A DNA stretch of 32,321 bases from Perkinsus chesapeaki ATCC PRA-425 (lineage: Eukaryota > Protista > Perkinsozoa), in NCBI GenBank assembly GCA_013115145.1, contig JAAPAO010000405.1, forward strand, positions 1-32,321, given 5' to 3'. Made by a program: the position numbers and the translations under genes. Within the stretch, counting starts at the first letter, position 1; every line of letters starts with the position of its first letter. The notes under the pieces were generated by a model. The model had not been told where the DNA came from and did not search any database. It worked only from the letters and a program-made list of their open reading frames with translations. This document shows, piece after piece, positions 1-9,821 of this stretch.

Positions 1-3000
1 TAGATATACCAATAGCAGTTAATGCATTATCACCAGTACATACTACACTACGTATATCACCATCCTTTAACATTTTAATTGCTAATGCACTATCACTTTT
101 AACTTCATTCTTGAACAATAATAATCCTACCAAACTTAGACCAGTCTCGAGATAATCCCTTGTCATTTTAAGAACATCTTTATCACTCATACTAGCATCC
201 AGCACCCGATAACCCATACCCAAAACATACAAATTATCAGCAGACAACCTCTCGCACTCAGCCTCATAGTCAGCTGGAACAGCGCCGCTGCCGCAGCCAG
301 CTTGAACCTTCTCATAAGAGCCCTTGATAAGCACAATCAATCGGCCCTCGGTGTCCCTCACAACACACCCACTAGTCATTCTAGTATGTTCGAACTGTAA
401 TTGGCGAACAACCGTAAGTGACATCGAGCCATCTGGAGAGGTATATACCAACTCTTCACTTCCTACCGAAGGCAGTGACCAACCAGAAGCCTTCACCATA
501 GCCACTTCAACCTGATTACCGACCAACTGACCATCACGGAGCGACGTTACAGTGTGACAGGCGGCCAGACCATATTGCATCAGTAAAGGGGCCGATGCCG
601 CCTTATCAGAGGCAGATGCTTCCCCACATAGCTTACCGCTCTCAGCAGTCTCGCTAAGGTTGATGCGATCCGCGAATTGGCCGTCATTTACTGGTAGAGC
701 CCCAACAAGTTCCATACCATCCTTAGTAATGGTACCAGTCTTATCAAATACCATAACTGATATTTTACCAGCAACTGGTATCCTCTCTGGTTGAAGGCAG
801 AATATCTTATGATGATTACGTAATCGTTTAGCAGCGACAGTCTGTCCCATTACCATTGCTACTGGTAACATTGGATTCAGAGACTGCAATACCGACACCA
901 GAACTTGCAGCACTGTAACGATCCAGTCACCCATATCAGTCAAGACGAAGTAAAGGATAGACAGCAAGATCGCATAGGCGAACATAATGCCATAAACAAT
1001 AGGGAGCTGGTCGTGATACTTAAACCTGACATCATCCCAATCTTCATAGTGCGCACTTACGCCCATGTATACTTACCGAACAGACTGTGGGAACATAACC
1101 ATTCTCACCAGCTGACCTTTGGTAGTTAGACCCCCAACGGCTGTAACAACCATAACAGCATGGCCCTGATAAGGGCCTGTAGACTGCATGCACAAGGTGC
1201 CTGAAAGGGAGTACCATTAAGCGTGAACGGTTATATGGCCATCGCTAACATCAGACAATGCCGTGTTCGAACTAACTATGAACGTAGCCATCACTACCTC
1301 GCACACTAGGCCTTGACCGGTATCGGGAACCATGGCAAAAACGACTTCAATTTCTAGCGTTTCTAGTGTCTAATTTCCATCTGTAAAGCAACAATAACCC
1401 AGACGACCAGCCACGAGTCCGCGCCTCCATTTCGCTTATCGCAGGTACCTTTGCGACCTCAACAACGCCATAACTCAACATGATTATATTTTCGGCGTTA
1501 GACATCAAACATTTCTCAACGAATTCAGTTGTGTCGAAGGACTTGTGGCCCCGCGTGGGGACGCTGTGAGGCTGCGAGTCGCGAAGCCAGGCCCAACAAA
1601 AACGCTCAGAAGGTAATTTCAGAAGTCAAGAACGTTCACGGATCCATGAGAAAGATGATAGCAGAACAATGAAAATAAACCAGAAAAATATCATATTCGT
1701 CCCGTTGATGTGTTGAGCGCGAAGTTCACGTCGACAATGCCCAGTAATTAAGGATGATTCAGCTTGATTTATGGATACATCTACAACTACCTTACGAAAA
1801 TGATAAGATACATCTACAACTACCTTACGAAAATGATAAGATACATCTACAACTACCTTACGAAAATGATAAGATACATCTACAACTACCTCACGAAAAT
1901 ACACAGGCTCTGCGGATAGTAAGATCATCACCAATAACGATCAAACCGGTATTATTCAAAACCGCAATATTAAAGCACGCAGATGGTCTACTGGCTACCC
2001 CAAAAATCCAGTTTATACCAAACCACAGCTTAGTTCACCACTCCACTATACTCAGTTAGCAATGACTATCAAATCTAAGTTGCTTAAGGAGGCAACCTTC
2101 CCGAATCGATCACCACCACCATAGCTCCCATTATTACCTGCATGAACAGTATTATTGGCCGAGAACGTTGCTCCTTCATACTTCTCCACAGCAACCTTTT
2201 GAACCGGTAAAGGCTCTCCAGTGAGCATTGATTCATTAACCACAATATTACCATCCGTAATATAACCATCACAAACCAAATGCTCTTGGTCTTCCACCAT
2301 AACGATGTCACCCAAAACAACCTCGGAAGAATCTACCACTACCCAAGAGGAGTTGCGCAGCACTCTAACTTCAGCACTGTGACGAGCCAACTTGGCGATC
2401 TTCTTCTGGCCTTGACGCACTATAAATATAGCCTTTATGAAGCCAGTAATTAGCATCATTAATAACCAAACTAGGCCGACATTCCAACCACTATAACCAA
2501 GATATGTCCATGAACCCATACTTTGTACAACATAGAACAAGCTACTAAACTCAGTTATCAGACTTTCGATAATACCAGGAACTTTAACACGGATCTCATT
2601 AGTACCAACAACCCTCCTCACCGAGTCGGCCTGGGGATCGGTCAACCCTCCAGCGTGAAGGAGGTTCACCGCGGAGCTAACTGAGATCCTGTCATCTCGA
2701 CCAACCGGCCTGAACCTGTCCTCAGCACCCTCGTAGTAGTACCGTACGCAAGTGTACTCTATAGTGCGATCCCCATCTTCATCGGTAATTTTTATCAGTG
2801 TTTTACAGGAAGCTCGCTTATACTTGAGGATAAACGAGCGCCAAGCGTCCAGCATTTTCCTGAAGATATCTGGGATTTTCTCCTCCTTGGCCATGCCAGG
2901 GTCCACCATATCGGCCTCGTCCATTTCGGGCACTTCCTCCTCGATAAGCATGTGAGTCGCTCTATCTAGGTCAACTTCGGGAAGCATGAATTTGGTCCGT

Positions 3001-3437
3001 ATAGCGTCATAGAACTCTATCATGAAGGCCACTATGATATGGAATATTGCAAATACGACAATATACGGTCCCATAATACCGTTCCAATCAGTTCCCCAAG
3101 CAGTGTAAACGTCATAGTAGTAGCTTACAGTCGCTAACACCGCCATGGCAACAAAGGCGGCTACCATTGAAGAGAACCACCCGATCAAGATACTCTCACC
3201 AAATAGAGATCTGCTGAACCCAGACTGCAGCAGGAGCTTCTCGTGGTCCTCCTCAGTGGAGTGGAAGGTGAGTCGGCGAGCCCCCAACGGCTGGCCAGAC
3301 CTCTTTTTGTCCAGAGCGCGACGTTTAATAAGGCTCTTGCAATACTGGGCACGGTAAATGGCGAATAGGACGGATAGAAGGGCTAAGGCAGCAATCGCTA
3401 GGACATAGCCTAGGATAAAGGAGGTTTCGAAATCCAT
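1..3437 (-). CDS. P5-type (ATP13A-like) P-type ATPase, 3' end beyond window start
   Basis: Exons 3437-2138, 1200-1077 and 1026-1 join in phase at GT-AG sites. Motifs: A-domain VNESMLTGEPLPVQK, phosphorylation site FDKTGTIT (731-745), P5-like IFCLQPERIPVAGK, N-domain LAACHTV and GNQVE, KGSYEK, CTGDNALTA near base 1. Several N-terminal TM segments. Confidence 0.92.
1774..1900. repeat. 33-bp minisatellite, about 3.9 copies, in ATPase intron 1
   Basis: Unit GATACATCTACAACTACCTTACGAAAATGATAA starts at 1774, 1807, 1840 and 1873; no spacers. Confidence 0.97.
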
Positions 3438-3961
3438 TTATCTTCTTTTAGTAATGAATTTTGAATTGAATCACCGGAATCAATTAAACCTGCAAAATAA
3501 GATGTTATTATTTCCATAGCCTTTGTAGTAGCTAGATTAACGTATTCTTAAAAGGGACACATAACACCACAAGTCACGCTCTACGTGGCAGCGGCGTAAG
3601 ATTACTCGGGCGTAGCGAGTTCTTGTCGAGCTCGATTTTTTTGATAAATTCTGGTGGCCAAGGAGGGGGAGTAAATGGAGTCGAGCACATAGTCGGTACA
3701 GTTCCTATAGTAGTAGTCGAAGTCAAAGATATGAATGTTCCGAAGATCCTTAATAGGTGAATTGAATGCTCATTTTGTCGGTGATTCGTGCCGCCACTCA
3801 TTTGGAGATGAATTCGATAAGTGAAAGAGTTTCTTAGTAGCGAAGGGCATTTAGGAGCTCGTATTAAGTGAACTGAAGTCAGCAGTGAATTCACACTACT
3901 AAATAATACACCCATGCTTTTCAAGCTGGTTACTGGGATGGTGTGATCGATTGACGGCTTT

Positions 3962-4315
3962 GGGTTATTCAATTAACCTATTTCGAATCTTTCACTACCC
4001 TGAGCAGAGCGCTGTTTTTAATCTTCAAAAAGCTTTAACAAGATATCTCTCGATAAGCGGATTGATCCAGCATCAGGTTAGGGGTTAGTCAATCAACCTA
4101 TTTCGAATCTTTCACTACCCTGAACAGAGCGTTGTTTTTAATCTTCAAAAAGCTTTAACATGTTATCTCTCGATAAGCGGATTGATCCAGCATCAGGTTA
4201 GGGGTTAGTCAATCAACCTATTTCGAATCTTTCACTACCCTGAACAGAGCGTTGTTTTTAATCTTCAAAAAGCTTTAACATGTTATCTCTCGATAAGCTG
4301 ATTGATCCAGCATCA
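3962..4315. repeat. 120-bp tandem triplication covering the upstream region, ATG and first 12 codons of the PITH gene
   Basis: 3961-4080, 4081-4200 and 4201-4315 are near-identical; the third copy continues into the PITH reading frame (ATG at 4280). Confidence 0.96.
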
Positions 4316-5542
4316 TTAGAGTGTCTTAATGAAGATCCAAAGCATCCTGTTAAGAATCTTCTTCAACCCAATTCCGCACTGTAAGATTCGTCATAGAGTA
4401 TCTTACATATTTACCAAATACAGAATATATAAATTTGTTGCGTAGATGACGAGATTATCTTAGTTGTTGTCACCAGCCGTCTGTTGAGCTGCATTTTTTA
4501 TACTGATGACATACAAATGCATAAAATATATCATTTACTTCACTAATATAGCCTTCTCCCGAATAGCTCGGCCCTCCGGTGCAGTCCGTTCTGGTATTTA
4601 CCATTGGCCCTGCCAAAGAAGTAACGATCATTGAAGACGTCTCCTGGAGTCTTGTTAAGAACTCTCGATAGATTCATTTCTAATGGATTCGACAGTCGTT
4701 TGATTTATCGTTGTGCCCTGGCCGGGCTAAATGCCGTGTTAGGTATCTACAGTCGGACCCTACAGTAGATCAACAACTACTAATACGAATGGAGTTCAGA
4801 CAAGCAGTAACGTTGAGGGAAATCAAAGTGGTTGTTTAGGGGAAGGGCAGCCGTTAATTTATTACCCCTATTAGATAAGCTGCCAGCCCGATGAGACCTG
4901 CCCCAACCTGATCAAGCTTTTTACTAATAGGCTATCTTTAGGATTCCATTAGGCGGAATCTGACGACCCTGTTCAGGTCATAGCGGGCTACTCGGGGGAG
5001 GGGACTTCTTGCAACTGTCAAGCGAAATTCAAGGTCATATTAAGTGAGCTGACTTCAGTCTTATATCATTTATACACTCTAAACCTTCCTTTATATCATT
5101 TATACACTCTAGCCCTTCCTTTATATCATTTATACACTCTAACCCTTCCTTTATATCATTTATACACTCTAAACCTTCCTTTATATCATTTATACACTCT
5201 AACCCTTCCTTTATATCATTTATACACTCTAAACCTTCCTTTATATCATTTGTTACAGTGAACCCCCTCCTAGTTGAACCGCTACTAGCATCGCTCCGCC
5301 GGCTCCTTATCAAGATTCCCAACTTCTTTCAGATGATTCAAATAGAGGACCCCTCGCAGGCCTCGGAGATGGTTCAACTCCGAATCACCAAATTCCAGAA
5401 TGTCAAGAGCCTCCAGATTTTTATAGAGGACAATTTTGGATCCGACATTACTCGTATAAACCGGATTGAGCTCTTCGGGACTTTGGGGGAAAACACCGAT
5501 ATGAGTAGTGCAAAAGCGGCAGCAGCAGCTTCCACAGTGTAA
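4280..5542 (+). CDS. PITH-domain protein (TXNL1 C-terminal/PITHD1-like), interrupted by an in-frame TAG at 4950-4952; possible pseudogene or null allele
   Basis: Exons 4280-4380, 4743-4827, 4875-4976, 5333-5542 are phase-consistent: MLSLDKLIDPASLECLNEDPKH..LYLQSDPTVDQQLLIRMEFRQAVTLREIK..CPNLIKLFTNRLSLGFH*AESDDPVQ..VQLRITKFQNVKSLQIFIEDNFG..RINRIELFG, matching the PITH pattern (ECLNE, DEQLLI, LRxxKFQNVxS). Confidence 0.8.
5061..5251. repeat. 30-bp minisatellite, about 6.4 copies, in PITH intron 3
   Basis: Unit TTATATCATTTATACACTCTA(A/G)(A/C)CCTTCCT starts at 5061, 5091, 5121, 5151, 5181, 5211 and partially at 5241. Confidence 0.97.
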
Positions 5543-5857
5543 GCTTCTATTCAGGTAAGCTTGATAAGAGTGCAGGCTGACGTCGGTGCAAGTAGAGGGA
5601 CGGAAGAGTCCTCCTGATCCCCTATGTAGGGCTATATGGACGCAGGTTCGATCCTCGGCTAGGTTAGTTTAGGTACTGTCAGTGAGCGAATGACGAGTCA
5701 CCATTAAAAGCAATTGCCTGGGTGTCTCTGATAAGCTGACTAATCGACACGTACATTCTCTGTTGTATCATGGCCCTCCTTTCCTTTATTTTTCTCTGTC
5801 ACCCTAGGCAGTCGTGTTACAGTGGTGGTGCCAGTGGTGCTTGTGCAGTAGCTGGTG

Positions 5858-7266
5858 ATGGGTGTATCTTCTAGGGAAGAGGAGCTGAATGTCCTGTTGT
5901 GTCTCACAGGCTCCGTAGCGACCATCAAATGGCTCAACTTAATCGCTGAGCTCACTGAACAAGGCAAAGTCAAAGGCATTGATGTAATGAGGGAGAGAAT
6001 CTCGAAGTCGGCACCCGACTGGGAACCATCACGCCAGCTGGCTGGAGGGCATTGTCGAGCTTTAGGTAAATGTTAAGGTGGTGGCATCGGAGAGAGCTGA
6101 ACACTTTGTGTATCTTGACGGGCAGTTAGCAGCATTGAAGGACGTAGAGGTTTATACGGACGCGCAGGAATGGGATGCATGGCGCGGTAATACGGACAGA
6201 GCGGTATTATTGGGATTATGCCGGAAAGGTTTGTACTGTACATAGTGTCGCTTCGGGCTTCCCTAACTGGACCTCCCGAAGTGCTTCAAGAAAGCGTCAC
6301 GGTGGCAGCGGCTGAGAATAGCGGAGGTTTTTATATGGAAATTTATCCTCGCTCCACACACATGGAAGCCAACATATGTATTAACTCAAGCGAAGAGGGT
6401 TTTCGGGTTTCGGGTTTTCATGGTGTCCAACTCGAATGCAAGTCTCGATCGGTATATATGTATACTTGTCAGCTCGGGGTGATCCGGTAACTCACATTGA
6501 TCTTCGTCGATGGGCTAATGTTGTCCTTATTGCTCCTCTATCGGCGAATACTCTGTCTAAGATTGCCAATGGTGCAGCGGATAACCTTCTCACCAGCGTT
6601 ATGAGGTGAGTGCTTGGAGGAGGCTGTGCGGTTGAGAGCGGGTTAGGTGCCTTGACTTGAGCTCGGAGGGTCGGCGGAAGTGTCCGGTGTATCTTTGTCC
6701 AGCTATGAATACGATGATGTGGGATAATACATTCACGCGGGAACATCTTGAAGTAGTTAAGGGTTAGGGTAAATGATGAGGAAGAGGGTATTTTAGGGTA
6801 GTAAATGATAAGGGAAAGGGTATTTTAGGGTAGTTAATGATAAGGGAAAGGGTATTTTAGGGTAGTTAATGATAAGGGAAAGGGTATTCACTGATGACAT
6901 GGTAGAATTTGCGTCATGTTTTAGGCGTCAGTATAGGCTTATCTCGAAAAAACCAACTTCACAAACGTTGGAGTGTGTGGAGGCGTACCGAATGGGTCCT
7001 CATTAAAAAGTCAGGTCTGCGTTAATAAGCTGGGCTTCCGTCTTATAATGCCGATTTGTAAAACACTAGTGTGTGGTGAGACTGGTCTAGGAGCCATGGC
7101 AGAGCCGAAGGACATTGCAGCAGCCGTGCTGGGAGGCTTCGAAGGGGACCGGCTGCCGAGGAATTGGGAGAAGACACCGGGATGCAAGCTGGGACCGTTG
7201 GGCATTTCGCTGGCAGTTAATGTGGCCCTTTTGGGCATTCTCGTGTACAAAATTAGGTTTCAGTAG
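5858..7266 (+). CDS. PPCDC: Phosphopantothenoylcysteine decarboxylase (HFCD/Hal3-family flavoprotein) with a C-terminal hydrophobic tail
   Basis: Exons 5858-5983, 6078-6186, 6473-6605, 6647-6752, 7015-7266 are phase-consistent. Motifs: VLLCLTGSVATIK, DPVTHIDLRRWA, IAPLSANTLSKIANG-ADNLLT, PAMNTMMW, LVCGETGLGAMAEP (catalytic His and clamp Cys present). Confidence 0.92.
6785..6888. repeat. 32-bp G-rich minisatellite (about 3.3 copies plus a degenerate upstream copy) in PPCDC intron 4
   Basis: Unit AGGGTATTTTAGGGTAGTTAATGATAAGGGAA starts at 6785, 6817, 6849 and partially at 6881; contains TTTAGGG. Confidence 0.93.
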
Positions 7267-7400
7267 TAGAAAGGCGTTGACTGGGGATCGAACGTGTGCG
7301 GGTTTTGTATATACGGGTTATTCTATAAGGGTTTTGATTTCTCCCCTTCGACTGGCATCGTTGCCTTCTTCTCTTGCCGTCATCCAGCACCAGCCTTCTA

Positions 7401-9722
7401 ATGGGACGCAAGAACAAGCACTCAGAAGGGGGATCGTCGAAGGTGTTCCGACCCTTCTGTTATTACTGTGAAAGGGACTTCGATGATGAGAAGGTAGCCC
7501 CCTTTGCTGCTGCTGCGGTGATGCTGCTGAGTGCTGGGTGCTCAGGTTCTCATACAGCATCAGAAAATAAAACATTTCAAGTGCTCAACATGTCAACGGA
7601 AATTGGATACTGGTAACATGTGGGGAAGGGCAGGATGAGGACGAGGAGGGGACAAATTGCACAATGGGGCAATCGTGTATCTAAATGTTTTCATGTCATT
7701 ATACTGTATAGTGTTCGCAACAGTTCTCCGCTATTATGCTTACATTGACTCTACTGTATGATACATTTGTATATTATATAAAGTGCATATGAATCATATA
7801 TAATATATATATTATCAAAACTGACTTGATTATTATTCCTCTCAGCAAGCGGGTTGGTAGCGCACATGCTTCAAGTCCATAGGGAGACATTGAACAAGTA
7901 AGCTGATGCTCTTGTAAGTTTCGCGGCTCTACTTCTTGTATCAGAGTGCCGGATGCCATCAAGGGGCGGGAGAATCCTGATCTTCAAGTTCGTGGAATGG
8001 AGGTAGCATAACGTTCGCTTTGGGGCTTTCGATAATATCTTATCTTCGCTGCCAATCTCTGGTGGGGTTGTAGTGATCCATCTTGTAAAGATGTTTGCAA
8101 GTATAACTTGGTGCAATCTTGTGTATGAATAAAAGTTTATTAAGATTTAATAATATAATGCAAACTGAGATGATTAGGGAGGATAATGCGGGTTTGTAGA
8201 AGAACTGAGCGGCGGCGGCTGGTATAAAAGTCATTGTATTACGGCATTGTCGATGTTCCCGCCGCCTTTTCTTGATGCTATTGATTTAATATTTATAACA
8301 GTAATGGTTATGTTGGTGAAGTAAGGTGTCATCGTTACACTAGATTAGAACTACATTTTATAAGGGCTTCGCATACGATTTATTTCATATCGCTGAAGTG
8401 GTGTAATCTAATTCCCCTTATATTGTTATGACGACAAGAGTATAAACCCATCCACAAAATTATATCACAGACGGTGTTTCAGAGGTATTGCATCCAATAC
8501 AAGTAGTCTAACGTACATTTTCTGCCAGTTGATCCTACGGGGTGGATGAATCACGATGGTCATAACTGTGACGGCATTCTCTTCCGGCCCGGTGAAATCT
8601 TATAGGTGTTGTTGAATTCGATATTAACTATTATTACCATGTTAAGATGCTATGTGATTTAGTTGCAAGTATAGGCAGCGGTGGTAGTAGATTTACTCAT
8701 CTCAGAACGTGCCGATGGGGCTTATACTAGAGAGAGCGAAAGGAACTGACATGGAGAACTTCTACTTAAAGAAGCATCAAGAATTGAAACATGAAGCATT
8801 GTAAGGAAATGTAACCTTGGTGGATCAGCAATTGGTGGAATGTAGGCCGCCGCCTCGGCCTACCGGGGGGATGCCCTTCATGCCGTTTATGCCGCCTCCT
8901 CATCTACTTGTTGGCAATCAACCCATACCAGGTAACTACTCATTTTATGTATTTAACACGGTCTTGGCTTTTTATAGGTCAAGGGTTGCCTCCCAATACA
9001 ACACCTCCACCGGGGATGCCAGGCTTAGGAGTCCCCCCGCTGCCACCGATGCCACCGTTCTTCATGCCACCAACTGGCGGCGGCCCGGCGTCCAGCTCGC
9101 CGCCTGGCCAGACTAATATTTCCGCTCAGCCGCCTGCAGGGTTGCCTGTCCCTCCACCGTTCCCGGGATTCCCTCCTCAAGGCATACCCGGCTTTCCCAT
9201 GCCATTCCCACCGATGCCGACACCTCCCCAGGAAGACCAGTCTAATGCGAGCAATGCGGTAGGTGAACTTCTGCTTGTTAGTGTTGAAGAGGAGTTCCCT
9301 TCGTTCCAGGTGGCAGCGGCGATGGCAGCTGCGACGACCGCGGCTGGCAACCTACAAGGAGTAGGATTATTGGATGACAGTTTCTGTATTACAGTCATTC
9401 CAACTTCAGGCTACAGAAAGATCGCGAAGTCGCAGTAGAAGCCCTCGGAGGAATTACACGGTACGCTTATCAGTAGCTTATTCGTTGGTCCAACGCTGAG
9501 TGTTAGGCTCCCAATGCGGCGGCAGCAGCGGACGGCAGCGGCAGGCATTCAGTGCATGGCACAGGGCAGATGACAGGCGTTACTCTGACACCTTACCGGG
9601 AGGACTTGCAGAAGGGTGATCAAGTCTGTTTTGTGAGTTGTTGCCGTTCTCTGTGTAACGTCGAATTAATGCTGTGTTAGGAGGAGATGCGCGCCGCGGC
9701 TATGCTGGCCGCTCGAGGATGA
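7401..9722 (+). CDS. ZNF207: ZNF207/BuGZ-like zinc-finger protein with Pro-rich region
   Basis: Eleven phase-consistent exons (7401-7493, 7546-7612, 7846-7897, 7945-8002, 8706-8800, 8846-8931, 8978-9258, 9310-9360, 9410-9460, 9507-9632, 9681-9722). N-term MGRK..[63 protein letters not shown]; C-term VCFEEMRA resembles the ISLEERRA motif. Confidence 0.9.
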
Positions 9723-9821
9723 ACAGATGGGAGCTCTGTCAGTAGGTTGGGCGGAGTAAATGAGTGAAAACGTCTCAGTGGGTATCATATTTTCGAAGAG
9801 TGCTAAAGGTTTCCTGTGTTG

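Noticed and set aside
3574-3972. 132-codon minus ORF upstream of the ATPase
   Set aside because: No recognisable motif, and its start falls at the edge of the 120-bp repeat; cannot be supported as a gene without expression data.
1774-5251. CRISPR-like look of the 33-bp and 30-bp repeats, and the repeat peptides HLQLPYENDKI and INDIKEGLEC in the ORF track
   Set aside because: Units are head-to-tail with no unique spacers, no cas genes are present, and the arrays lie inside spliceosomal introns; the peptides are by-products of unit lengths divisible by 3.
8160-8215. Box C/D snoRNA candidate in the long BuGZ intron (ATGATT..CTGA)
   Set aside because: Imperfect C box, only about 35 nt between boxes and no terminal stem.
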